Positions 45,822 through 56,412 of a stretch of DNA of 64,000 nucleotides are shown one piece after another. The notes below the pieces were generated by a model, which saw only the letters and a list, made by a program, of their open reading frames with translations, was not told the origin of the DNA and ran no database searches. The stretch is from Candidatus Omnitrophota bacterium (GTDB lineage Bacteria; Omnitrophota; Gorgyraeia; Gygaellales; Profunditerraquicolaceae), in NCBI GenBank assembly GCA_028717245.1, contig JAQUOD010000002.1, positions 204,772 through 268,771 on the forward strand, written 5' to 3'. Each line of letters starts with the position of its first letter. Positions within the stretch are counted from its first letter, which is position 1. The translations under genes were made by a program, and so were the position numbers.

Positions 45822-46490
45822 ATGGAAAGGTACTTTGACGAAGAATTAAAAGAATTACGCGAAGAAATCTTAAGGATGGGCGTTTTGACTCAGGAGGCAA
45901 TCTACAAGTCCATAGAGGCCTTAAAAAATCGTGATAAAAATGAGGCCCAGGAAGTCATTGATAAAGACGCTAAGATAGACGGGCTGGAGCTTCTGGTTGA
46001 TGAGCGCTGCATTGACCTGATTGCCCGGCATCAGCCTATGGCCGGAGACTTGAGGTTTATTACTACCGGTATGAAAATAAATGCTGAACTTGAACGGATG
46101 GCGGATTTGGCCGTTGATATCGCCCAGCGGGTGATAGAACTGGTAGATAAGCCGTTATTAAAACCGTTACTTGATATACCTAAATTATCCGGTATCGCCC
46201 AGAATATGGTATGTGATTCTATAGACGCCTTTTTAAAAAAGGACGCAGAACTCGCCAAGAAAGTGGTACTTTCCGATTCAGAGGCGGATAGATTACGCGA
46301 TTTAGTCCAGGGCGAATTGATTAATGACTATATGGCGCATGATGCCAAAACCGTAGACCGCGCAGTGCCGTTGTTATTAATCGCCCGTTATCTGGAGCGC
46401 ATATGCGACCACGCTACTAATATTGCCGAAGATGTTATTTATCTGGCTAAAGGGCAAGTAGTAAAACATCATCCTGAAGAGTTAAACTAG
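45822..46490 (+). CDS. phoU: phosphate transport system regulator
   Basis: Two PhoU repeats with conserved D/E..ERI.DH motifs (ERMADLAVDIA and ERICDHATNIA). Confidence 0.8.
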   Translation: MERYFDEELKELREEILRMGVLTQEAIYKSIEALKNRDKNEAQEVIDKDAKIDGLELLVDERCIDLIARHQPMAGDLRFITTGMKINAELERMADLAVDIAQRVIELVDKPLLKPLLDIPKLSGIAQNMVCDSIDAFLKKDAELAKKVVLSDSEADRLRDLVQGELINDYMAHDAKTVDRAVPLLLIARYLERICDHATNIAEDVIYLAKGQVVKHHPEELN

Positions 46491-46565
46491 AATTCTCTCC
46501 CTTTACTTATCCTGCCTTAAGTGTTATAATTCAACTAATAAAATTTACTAAACCAATACGGATAA

Positions 46566-47552
46566 ATGTATCTGTTATTAGTTTCGTTTGCCATATTAAT
46601 GGGCCTTGCCGTAGGCTGGTCAATCGGCGCTAATGATGCCGCCAATTCCCTGGGCACGGCAGTCGGCTCAAAAGTCCTCACCCTAAAGCAGGCGATTATT
46701 TTAATTACCATATTCGGTTTCCTGGGTGCTTTCTTGCAGGGGTCTTATGTTACCAAGACCATCGGCAAGGGTATTGTGCCGATGGCTGAGTTAGGTAAGA
46801 ACTTAGCGCTCTATTTAGCGTTAGTATCTACCTTTGCTGCTTGCGCCTGGGTGGTGCTGGCGACATACTGGAAGATGCCCATTTCTACCAGCCACTCTAT
46901 CGTGGGCGCAGTCGCAGGCGCGGGCCTGGCAATAGGCGCGCCGATTAGATGGAAAGTACTTTTAGATATATTTATCTGCTGGGTTTTTACTCCTGTAGGC
47001 GCAGCTATCTTAGGTTATATTTTCTACCGGATTTTTAAAAATATTTTTTACCGGATTATCCCCCGCAAATATATAAAGATAACCATGGCAGCGTTGATTA
47101 CCGTGAGCGGTTGTTATGTGGCTTATTCCTGGGGGGCAAATGATGTGGCTAACGCTACAGGCGTGATGGTAGGCGCGGGAATATTATCGCCGCATATCAG
47201 CGTAATGTTAGGGGGCGTTGCGATTGTCTTAGGTATTGTTACCTGGGGATATAAAGTTATCGAGACCATAGGCACGCAGATAACCCGCCTTTTACCGATT
47301 ATGGCTTTTTCGGTGCAGTTAGCCAGCGCCATCAACGTGCATATTTACACGGTTTTCGGCATACCGGTTTCTACCAGCCACTCTATCGTGGGCGCTATTT
47401 TCGGGGTAGGGTTAGTCAGGGGTGTGCGGGTTTTAAATGTCCGCATTATGCGCGAGATAATCATCTGTTGGCTGGCGACGCCTTTTATTTCCGGTATCAT
47501 TAGTTTTCTAGTGCTTAAAGGGATAATGGTTTTTGTAAAAATAGGAGGTTAA
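46566..47552 (+). CDS. pit: inorganic phosphate transporter, PiT family
   Basis: Two PHO4 repeats with GANDAAN and GANDVAN signatures. Confidence 0.85.
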   Translation: MYLLLVSFAILMGLAVGWSIGANDAANSLGTAVGSKVLTLKQAIILITIFGFLGAFLQGSYVTKTIGKGIVPMAELGKNLALYLALVSTFAACAWVVLATYWKMPISTSHSIVGAVAGAGLAIGAPIRWKVLLDIFICWVFTPVGAAILGYIFYRIFKNIFYRIIPRKYIKITMAALITVSGCYVAYSWGANDVANATGVMVGAGILSPHISVMLGGVAIVLGIVTWGYKVIETIGTQITRLLPIMAFSVQLASAINVHIYTVFGIPVSTSHSIVGAIFGVGLVRGVRVLNVRIMREIIICWLATPFISGIISFLVLKGIMVFVKIGG

Positions 47553-47554
47553 AG

Positions 47555-48223
47555 ATGAAAGAGATAAGAAATATACTAGGTTGGTTAGGCATGGCAGAGG
47601 AACAGTCCATATTACTGGATGCCCAGAAGCACGTTGAAGAAACTTACAAGACCGTGGCGTATTTCTCCGACGCGGTTGAGGCTTTTATCCAGGGGGATTT
47701 AGCCGCTAAGGCAAAAGCCATAGAGAGCGTCAGGGAGAGTGAGCATCAGGCAGATATATTAAGGTCAAAGATGGTGGATGAACTTTCCGAAGGGCTCCTG
47801 CTTCCGCCGGATAGGGAAGACCTGATGCATTTCGTCAAAGGCCTGGATAAAATTGCCGACTGGACCAACGGCGCAGCCAGGATCCTGGGGTTCATTGAGC
47901 AGAAACTACCGGAAAATATCTTAGGCAATATCTCCTCAGCCACAGCGTTAATCTTTGCTTCCATCTCCAAACTAAAAGAGGCTATTCAGTCTATCAGCAA
48001 GAATGATCTGAAGAAGGCGCTTGAAGATTGCCAGGCTGTGGACCACATTGAACATGACGCTGATGACCAGAAAAAGCTCCTCATTGAGACAATCATCCAT
48101 GCCAAGCTTGAGCCGGCTACGCTTTTATTGTGCTACCAGTTAGCCGAATACTTAGAAGGGGTAACGGATAAAATAGAAGACGCAGCGGATTTCATCAAGG
48201 TCTTGGCCATTAAGTCAAAATAA
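47555..48223 (+). CDS. Pit accessory protein (DUF47 / PhoU-like, TIGR00153 family)
   Basis: Immediately downstream of pit with a 2-bp gap; PhoU-like helical repeats. Confidence 0.65.
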   Translation: MKEIRNILGWLGMAEEQSILLDAQKHVEETYKTVAYFSDAVEAFIQGDLAAKAKAIESVRESEHQADILRSKMVDELSEGLLLPPDREDLMHFVKGLDKIADWTNGAARILGFIEQKLPENILGNISSATALIFASISKLKEAIQSISKNDLKKALEDCQAVDHIEHDADDQKKLLIETIIHAKLEPATLLLCYQLAEYLEGVTDKIEDAADFIKVLAIKSK

Positions 48224-48225
48224 GA

Positions 48226-48303
48226 TAGGGACGGTTCTTTAAGCCAAAGCAAGAAGTGCCCCTTTTTAGGGACACTTCTCCGATTGTATTGAGAACCGTC
48301 CCT
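48226..48303. repeat. REP family B doublet (B2): ~78-bp long palindrome
   Basis: TAGGGACGGTTCTTTAAGCCAAAGCAAGAAGTGCCCC-TTTTTA-GGGACACTTCTCCGATTGTATTGAGAACCGTCCCT. It shares GCCAAAGCAAGAAGTG and GACACTTCTCCGATTG with B1. Confidence 0.8.
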
Positions 48304-48312
48304 AATGTTTTC

Positions 48313-48341
48313 TTGACCCTGTATTCTTTAAATGATATAAT
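48313..48341 (+). promoter_or_regulatory. sigma70-like promoter TTGACC-17-TATAAT for nadE
   Basis: Hexamers and 17-nt spacer were read directly. Confidence 0.5.
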
Positions 48342-48350
48342 TCAAGCCAT

Positions 48351-49067
48351 ATGAAAAAGAAGATTATTTCCTGGCTGAAAAAGCAATTAAAAGATTCAGG
48401 CGCAAAGGGTATGGTGATGGGCCTTTCCGGCGGCCTGGATTCAGCAGTAGTAGCGGCCTTGGCAAAAGAAGCAGTCGGTAAGAAGGGGGTTTTGGCCCTG
48501 CTTTTACCTTGTCATAGCCAGGCGCAGGATTTAAAAGACGCGCGCTTGGTGGCTAAGTGGATGGGCATTAAGACTAAGACCATTGACCTGACTAAGGTAT
48601 ACGATAATCTGTGGAAAATCCTGCCTCAGGCAGGCGGGCTGCCCTTAGCGAATCTGAGGCCGCGTTTACGCATGACAATTTTATATTATTTTGCCAATAA
48701 ATTTAATTATCTGGTTTGCGGCACAGGGAATAAATCGGAACTTGCGGCGGGGTACTTTACAAAATACGGAGATGGCGGCGTAGATATATTACCCATAGGG
48801 GATTTATTAAAGACACAGGTGAGGAAATTAGCCGGGGAATTCGGGATTCCTCTGTCTATAATCAGTAAACCGCCTACTGCAGGGCTTTGGCCCGGCCAGA
48901 CTGACGAAGGCGAAATGGGCATAACCTACCCGGAATTAGACGATATATTAGAGCGCCTTGAGCATAAAAGAAGACAGGCGCTTCCGGCAAGTAAAGTGAA
49001 TAAGGTCCAAGATATGGTTAAACGTTCCCAACATAAGAGGCAGGGGCCTCGTATATGCTATGTTTAG
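48351..49067 (+). CDS. nadE: NH3-dependent NAD+ synthetase
   Basis: PP-loop GLSGGLDSAVVAAL. Confidence 0.8.
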   Translation: MKKKIISWLKKQLKDSGAKGMVMGLSGGLDSAVVAALAKEAVGKKGVLALLLPCHSQAQDLKDARLVAKWMGIKTKTIDLTKVYDNLWKILPQAGGLPLANLRPRLRMTILYYFANKFNYLVCGTGNKSELAAGYFTKYGDGGVDILPIGDLLKTQVRKLAGEFGIPLSIISKPPTAGLWPGQTDEGEMGITYPELDDILERLEHKRRQALPASKVNKVQDMVKRSQHKRQGPRICYV

Positions 49068-49080
49068 AGCTAAGTTAGTG

Positions 49081-49170
49081 TCATTGTGTCAAGTATCAAT
49101 GTATCAAAGAAAAAGCTTAAAAGATAACACTTTGACACTATGACACTTTGATACCCTGATACTATGTAAC
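49081..49170 (+). promoter_or_regulatory. operator-like array of inverted/direct GTGTCAA / ATCAAAG elements upstream of the Lrp/AsnC regulator gene
   Basis: GTGTCAAG at 49106 pairs with CTTTGACAC at 49143; ATCAAAG at 49124 pairs with CTTTGAT at 49157; TGACAC appears as a direct repeat. Confidence 0.35.
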
Positions 49171-49177
49171 TTTTAAA

Positions 49178-49675
49178 ATGGAGGCGAAAATGGATGAGAT
49201 ATTAGAGATATTACAGAAGGACGCGCGCACCACGGCGGAAGATATTGCCAAGATGCTCAAAAAGAGTCCTCAGAAAATAAAGGAAGCCATAAAGAAATAT
49301 GAGAAAGAAGGGGTGATATTAAAGTATAAGACAGTAATTAACAGAGAGTTAATCAAGGATACGAATTCCGAGGTCCGCGCCCTGATAGAAGTCAATATTG
49401 CCCCGCAGAAAGACGTAGGTTTTGATAAGGTTGCCGAACGGATATATTCGTTTCCCGAAGTTTCCAGTTGTTATCTGATTTCCGGCACCTATGATTTATT
49501 ATTGATTGTCGAAGGCCCTGACCTGCATACTGTTTCCCGATTTATAGCGGAAAAACTGGCTCCATTAGAGAATATCAAGGGGACAACCACGCATTTCCTC
49601 TTAAAAAAATACAAGGAAGACGGCGTGATTTTAAAACATAGAGAAGAGAATAAAAGAATAGCAATATCGTATTAG
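49178..49675 (+). CDS. Lrp/AsnC-family transcriptional regulator
   Basis: N-terminal HTH (ILEILQKDARTTAEDIAKML) plus a C-terminal RAM domain. Confidence 0.75.
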   Translation: MEAKMDEILEILQKDARTTAEDIAKMLKKSPQKIKEAIKKYEKEGVILKYKTVINRELIKDTNSEVRALIEVNIAPQKDVGFDKVAERIYSFPEVSSCYLISGTYDLLLIVEGPDLHTVSRFIAEKLAPLENIKGTTTHFLLKKYKEDGVILKHREENKRIAISY

Positions 49676-49762
49676 TTTATTGAGTTTATAGAGTTCGTTG
49701 AGTTTGTTGAGTTTTGGGTTTAACTCAATAACACAATAAACTCAAGTAACGCAATAACGAAA

Positions 49763-50914
49763 ATGATTTCCCAAAAAGTCAAAAATATGCAGCCTTCCGG
49801 CATCCGGGCATTCTTTGATTTGGTGCTCGGGATGAAGGATGTGATCTCTTTGGGGGTGGGGGAGCCGGATTTTGTGACTCCCTGGCAGATCCGCGAAGCA
49901 GGCATATATTCTTTGGAGGAGGGTTTTACCTCCTATACCTCCAACAAAGGGCTCTATAAATTAAGACTAAGCGTAAGCCGTTATCTGAAAAACCGGTATG
50001 GCCTCAACTATTGCCCTGACGAAGAAATCCTGATTACCGTGGGGGTAAGCGAGGCTTTTGATCTGGCTTTGCGGGCAATCATCAACCCGGGAGATAAAAT
50101 TTTAATCCCCAGTCCTTGTTACGTTTCTTACGGCCCGCTTACGGAATTAGCCGGCGGGCTGCCCGTCTATATAGATACTCAAGGCGGAGGGTTTAAACTT
50201 ACGCCCCGGGCTTTGGAAAAATCTATCGATAAAAAAACTAAAGGCATAATCCTGAACTATCCCGTAAACCCCACGGGTGTTTCCTATACAAAAAAAGAAT
50301 TAGAGGAGATTAAAAAGGTTATCCTTAAAAATAAATTGTTCTGTATATCCGATGAGATTTACGCGGACCTGACCTATGATTTTGAGCATACACCGTTTCC
50401 TACCCTATCCGGGGCAAAAGAAAATACGCTTTATCTAAGCGGTTTCTCCAAAAGTTACGCCATGACCGGATGGAGGGTAGGTTATGCCTGCGGGCCGAAG
50501 GATATCATCGCTGCTATGACTAAAATTCATCAGTACACTATTATGTGCGTCTCCATCACCAGCCAGATGGCTGCCTGCGAGGCGCTGCAGACAGGCAGGA
50601 AATCCGTAGAAGAAATGAAACGCGAATACAAGAGGCGCAGGGAATTTATCTGCGAGGGTTTAAATAAGCTGGGATTAGGCTGCCGCAAGCCCGACGGCGC
50701 ATTCTATGTATTCACCTCCATAAAGAAGACAGGCCTGGATTGCCTGGCTTTCGCAGAGAGGCTGCTTAAAGAACAAAAAGTAGCGGTAGTCCCGGGGACG
50801 GCTTTTGGAGAGCACTATAAAGATTATGTCCGTATATCCTATGCCTCCAGTTTTGATAACCTCAAAGAGGCGCTTTTGCGGTTGGATAATTTTTTAAAAA
50901 AGATAGGGAGATAA
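49763..50914 (+). CDS. PLP-dependent aminotransferase, class I (aspartate aminotransferase-like)
   Basis: SGFSKSYAMTGWRVGY, with the PLP lysine in the SK motif. Confidence 0.75.
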   Translation: MISQKVKNMQPSGIRAFFDLVLGMKDVISLGVGEPDFVTPWQIREAGIYSLEEGFTSYTSNKGLYKLRLSVSRYLKNRYGLNYCPDEEILITVGVSEAFDLALRAIINPGDKILIPSPCYVSYGPLTELAGGLPVYIDTQGGGFKLTPRALEKSIDKKTKGIILNYPVNPTGVSYTKKELEEIKKVILKNKLFCISDEIYADLTYDFEHTPFPTLSGAKENTLYLSGFSKSYAMTGWRVGYACGPKDIIAAMTKIHQYTIMCVSITSQMAACEALQTGRKSVEEMKREYKRRREFICEGLNKLGLGCRKPDGAFYVFTSIKKTGLDCLAFAERLLKEQKVAVVPGTAFGEHYKDYVRISYASSFDNLKEALLRLDNFLKKIGR

Positions 50915-50918
50915 TAAA

Positions 50919-52277
50919 ATGAGACCCAAGACAAAATCAGAATTAATGAAATTAGTAAAAGAACAAAAAGTGAGGTACATCAGGTTGTGGTTTACCGATG
51001 TATTGGGATTCCTCAAAGGTTTTACCATAACCGTGGATGAACTGCCGCGGGCCTTAGGGGATGGCATGGGTTTTGACGGCTCCTCTATCGAGGGGTTTGC
51101 CCGCATAGAAGAATCAGACATGATCGCCCGGCCCGATATCTCTACCTTTGCTATTTTGCCCTGGGAGTCAAAGGAGCAGCCGGTAGCGAGGATGTTTTGC
51201 GATATCTACATGCCCGACGGTAAACCTTTTGTCGGCGATCCCCGCTATGTCTTAAAAAGGAATTTGGATAAGGCTAAGAAGATGGGGTTTACCTATTATG
51301 TGGGGCCGGAACTGGAATATTTTTATTTTAATAACCCCAAGAATGCCATTGTTTTGGATAGGGGCGGATATTTTGATTTAACACCCTTAGATGTGGCCCA
51401 GGGCGTAAGGAATGAAACTGTGAGCGCCTTAGAGGATTTAGGTATCATTGTGGAATACAGCCATCATGAAGTAGCTTCCAGCCAGCATGAGATTGACTTA
51501 AGATACTCCGATGCCCTGTCTATGGCGGATAATGTGATGACCTACCGGCTGGTAGCTAAGGAGATTGCTCAAGGTAAGGGCCTGCATGCTTCGTTTATGC
51601 CTAAGCCGATTTACGGGATAAACGGTTCGGGTATGCATACGCACCAGTCATTATTCTCCGCCAAAGGCGGATCCGCCTCCGGCGGAAAGGGCGAAACTAA
51701 TGCCTTTTTTGAAAAAAAAGATAAGTTCCATCTTTCTGAAATTGCTAAACAATTTATCGGCGGATTGCTAAAATATAGCACGGAGATAACCTCCATAACC
51801 AGCCAGTGGGTCAATTCTTACAAGCGCCTGGTGCCCGGATACGAAGCTCCGGTTTATATCTGCTGGGCGCAGATGAACCGTTCAGCTTTAATCAGGGTGC
51901 CGATGTATAAGCCCGGGAAAGAGAAATCTACGCGCATAGAATACCGTTCTCCCGATCCGGCGTGTAACCCTTATTTGGCTTTTTCCGTGATGTTAGCGGC
52001 AGGCCTTGAGGGCATTGAAAAAAAATGCGCCTTACCGGAACCGGCCAATGACAATATTTATCATATGACTGACGAACAGAGGGAGCGTGCCAAGATTAAG
52101 TCTTTGCCGGAAGACCTTCTTGAGGCAATCAAGATCACGGAGAAATCGGAATTAGTGAAGAAGGCATTAGGCGAGGAGCTTTTTCATTTCTTTATCCGCA
52201 ACAAAAAATTAGAATGGGATGAATATAAGCAGCAGGTTACCCAATACGAAATAGACAAATACCTGCCTATACTGTAA
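50919..52277 (+). CDS. glnA: glutamine synthetase, type I
   Basis: Overall GS beta-grasp plus catalytic domain pattern, including the GINGSGMHTHQS region. Confidence 0.85.
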   Translation: MRPKTKSELMKLVKEQKVRYIRLWFTDVLGFLKGFTITVDELPRALGDGMGFDGSSIEGFARIEESDMIARPDISTFAILPWESKEQPVARMFCDIYMPDGKPFVGDPRYVLKRNLDKAKKMGFTYYVGPELEYFYFNNPKNAIVLDRGGYFDLTPLDVAQGVRNETVSALEDLGIIVEYSHHEVASSQHEIDLRYSDALSMADNVMTYRLVAKEIAQGKGLHASFMPKPIYGINGSGMHTHQSLFSAKGGSASGGKGETNAFFEKKDKFHLSEIAKQFIGGLLKYSTEITSITSQWVNSYKRLVPGYEAPVYICWAQMNRSALIRVPMYKPGKEKSTRIEYRSPDPACNPYLAFSVMLAAGLEGIEKKCALPEPANDNIYHMTDEQRERAKIKSLPEDLLEAIKITEKSELVKKALGEELFHFFIRNKKLEWDEYKQQVTQYEIDKYLPIL

Positions 52278-53008
52278 TGCCAAAGGCGAAAAAGAGCGAA
52301 AATTACAAAATTTATCTGAAGCAGATTGAGGCCCTGGCCAAGGTAGCCAACCTGATCACTTCCGGGCTCTATTTAGAGGAACTCCTGCGTTTAGTGGTCC
52401 AGGTTACCGCCGAAATAATGAATTCCAAAATTTCCTCTCTTATGCTCTTTGACCCGTTCAAGAAAGAATTGGTGGTCAGGGCTACGCAATCTATTTCTGA
52501 GGCCTACAATAAAAAACCCAATGTCAAATTAGGAGAAGGTATTGCCGGTATAGTTGCGCGGGATAATAAGGCTATCTGTGTATTAGATGTCAAAGAAGAT
52601 GAGCGCTATCTAAATAGAGATATTGCCGTAAAAGAGGGGCTCTGTTCTTTGGCCAGCGTCCCTTTAGCAGTAAAGGCCAGGGTGATAGGCGTACTGAATT
52701 GCTATACCTCCAGAAAACATAAATTTACCAAGCCCGAGTTAGATGTCTTGACTGCTTTGGCTAATCAGGCAGCCGTGGCCATTGAAAACGCGGAATTAGA
52801 CCTGCGGGCGCGCAGCGCCGAAGAGGCGTTAACCACGCGTAAACTTATTGAGCGGGCCAAAGATATTCTTTCGCAGGAAGCAAAGGTCTTGCCCTCTGAG
52901 GCTTATCGCTTAATCCAGAAACAGAGCATGGATAGCCGTAAATCCATGCGCGAAATTGCCGAGGCCATAATTCTGGCTAAAGATGTAAAAGAACCAAAAC
53001 TCAAATGA
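52277..53008 (+). CDS. GAF + ANTAR domain RNA-binding antiterminator-type regulator
   Basis: N-terminal GAF-like segment; C-terminal ANTAR helix pattern TRKLIERAKDILSQEAKVLPSEAYRLIQKQSMDSRKSMREIAEAI. Its start overlaps the glnA stop. Confidence 0.65.
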   Translation: MPKAKKSENYKIYLKQIEALAKVANLITSGLYLEELLRLVVQVTAEIMNSKISSLMLFDPFKKELVVRATQSISEAYNKKPNVKLGEGIAGIVARDNKAICVLDVKEDERYLNRDIAVKEGLCSLASVPLAVKARVIGVLNCYTSRKHKFTKPELDVLTALANQAAVAIENAELDLRARSAEEALTTRKLIERAKDILSQEAKVLPSEAYRLIQKQSMDSRKSMREIAEAIILAKDVKEPKLK

Positions 53009-53070
53009 TTTAATGCAAAGTCTGCCTTCAATTTCAAACCTCTACGATCCTCCTTTAAGAACGGCATAAG

Positions 53071-54897
53071 ATGCCTGAAGAAAATTTAAAAGAATACCTG
53101 ATTAAAACCCCCGCGCAAGATAAATGGAAAAGAATCGGCACGCAAAAGAGGGCAGGCATATTAGCCCCTTTGTTTTGCGTTTATTCTAAAAAGAGCGCGG
53201 GTATAGGCGAATTCAGGGATTTAAAACTCTTGATAGATTGGGCGAAATTAACCGGTAATTCCATTATTCAGCTTTTGCCCTTGAATGAAGTCGGCCCTCT
53301 TTTTTGCCCCTATGATTCCTTAAGTTCTTTTGCCCTTGAACCGGCATACCTGTCTTTAGAGGTTATTCTCAGCAGAAATAAAAATTCTTTCAGAACAAAA
53401 ATTAATCAACTTAAAGAGGAATTCCCGGCAGGCAGGCCATATCTGGATTACCGTATCAAAAAGAGGAAAATAGGGTTACTCCGGGAGATATTCCTTGCCG
53501 GAGAAGAGCCCGCTTCCAAAGACTTAGAAAAATTCAGGCGGGATAATGATTATTGGATTGATGATTTCGTTCTATTTAAAGCCCTTAAGGATTATCATGG
53601 GGGTAAGCCCTGGTATGAATGGGAGGCGCGCTATAAAGACCGCGATGTCGCGGCCCTTAAGGAATTCTTCGAAGCGCACTCTAAGGAAATTACTTTTCAA
53701 ATCTGGCTGCAGTGGCAGGCATCTAAGCAGTTTAAAGAGGTAAGAAAATACGCCGAGGTGAAAAAAATCCTGTTAAAAGGGGACCTGCCTTTTCTTGTTT
53801 CCAGGGATAGCGCGGATGTCTGGCAACACCGGCGATTTTTTAAATTAGGGTTTGCCGCAGGCGCTCCGCCGGATATGTATTGCGCTAAGGGCCAGCGCTG
53901 GGGTGTACCTACCTATAATTGGGATGAGGTAGCCGCAGATGATTACAGGTATTTAAAAGAGAAACTTAAATTCGCCCAGCAATTTTATGACATATTGCGC
54001 ATAGACCATGTCGTGGGCTTATTCCGTATCTGGAGTATCCCTTATCAGGAGCCTTTAGAGAACCAGGGCCTAAACGGTTTTTTTGACTTGCCTGATGAGA
54101 ATAAATGGGAGCAACAGGGCAGAAATATTTTATCGGTTATGCTCAATAATACCAGGATGCTTTTATGCGCGGAAGATTTAGGGATAATACCCGATATGTG
54201 TAAAAAGACATTAAGAGAATTAGGCATACCCGGTAATGATGTCCAACGCTGGACTAAAGATTGGAAGATAAAGCACGATTTTCTCCTGCCGCAGGATTAC
54301 CGTGTTCTTTCCGTGGCCATGCTCTCTACCCATGATACGACTAACTGGGCTGCCTGGTGGGAGAACGAAGCCGGGACAGTGGATGCGGAACTCTTTAAAA
54401 GGAAATGCGCTGAGCGTGGGGTAGATTATAACTCTGTAAAAGATAAATTATTTGATTTGGCGCGTTCGGGGCACGCTAGATTACGCTGGTTAGATAGTAT
54501 CAATTCAAGCGATATTCTGACAGCCGTTCTAGGCAAAAAGAGAGAGGAAATCGGGGATTTTATAGATATCTATGATAATACTTACCGTGAAAAAGAAAAA
54601 CTCTTTCAACGTTTGGGTTTACCCGGGCCGATGCCGGATAAGGTAGGTGCGGATATTATCAAAGCCGCGTTAAAAATAACCCTTGGCTCAAGCGCGATAT
54701 TCTGCATAGAGTTGATACTAGACTGGATGTATCTAGCCGGCATACTTAAGGGAGAACCCTATCAATACCGCATAAACACACCCGGCACAATCAGCGTAAA
54801 GAACTGGTCTCTGGTTATTCCTCTGCCGCTTGAAGATTTAATCAAACATAAGGTTACGAAAGAGATCAGGAGTATGGTTATCGTTTCCCGCAGGTAG
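53071..54897 (+). CDS. malQ: 4-alpha-glucanotransferase (amylomaltase, GH77)
   Basis: GH77 conserved segments (DHVVGLFR, GIPGNDVQRW). Confidence 0.75.
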   Translation: MPEENLKEYLIKTPAQDKWKRIGTQKRAGILAPLFCVYSKKSAGIGEFRDLKLLIDWAKLTGNSIIQLLPLNEVGPLFCPYDSLSSFALEPAYLSLEVILSRNKNSFRTKINQLKEEFPAGRPYLDYRIKKRKIGLLREIFLAGEEPASKDLEKFRRDNDYWIDDFVLFKALKDYHGGKPWYEWEARYKDRDVAALKEFFEAHSKEITFQIWLQWQASKQFKEVRKYAEVKKILLKGDLPFLVSRDSADVWQHRRFFKLGFAAGAPPDMYCAKGQRWGVPTYNWDEVAADDYRYLKEKLKFAQQFYDILRIDHVVGLFRIWSIPYQEPLENQGLNGFFDLPDENKWEQQGRNILSVMLNNTRMLLCAEDLGIIPDMCKKTLRELGIPGNDVQRWTKDWKIKHDFLLPQDYRVLSVAMLSTHDTTNWAAWWENEAGTVDAELFKRKCAERGVDYNSVKDKLFDLARSGHARLRWLDSINSSDILTAVLGKKREEIGDFIDIYDNTYREKEKLFQRLGLPGPMPDKVGADIIKAALKITLGSSAIFCIELILDWMYLAGILKGEPYQYRINTPGTISVKNWSLVIPLPLEDLIKHKVTKEIRSMVIVSRR

Positions 54898-54906
54898 AAA
54901 AATTAT

Positions 54907-54984
54907 TTGACAAAATTTATTTTGCTGATATTATGTATGATAATATTCAATTTGTGAGAAAGACAATGGTGTCTTTCCTTTTAT
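54907..54984 (+). promoter_or_regulatory. gdhA promoter (TTGACA-16-TATTAT) followed by a leader hairpin GAAAGAC-AATGGT-GTCTTTC plus CTTTTAT
   Basis: Promoter at 54907-54934. A perfect 7-bp stem with a 6-nt loop (A at loop position 1, G at position 4) and a T-rich tail at 54958-54984, about 85 nt before the gdhA ATG. Confidence 0.45.
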
Positions 54985-55054
54985 AAAAGGGGAGGCGCCA
55001 TTTTATTTTTATGTTCCTTGCCTGAAAATTAAGCAGTATCTGGATAAAACATAA

Positions 55055-56407
<1,353 letters not shown>

Positions 56408-56412
56408 GTATA

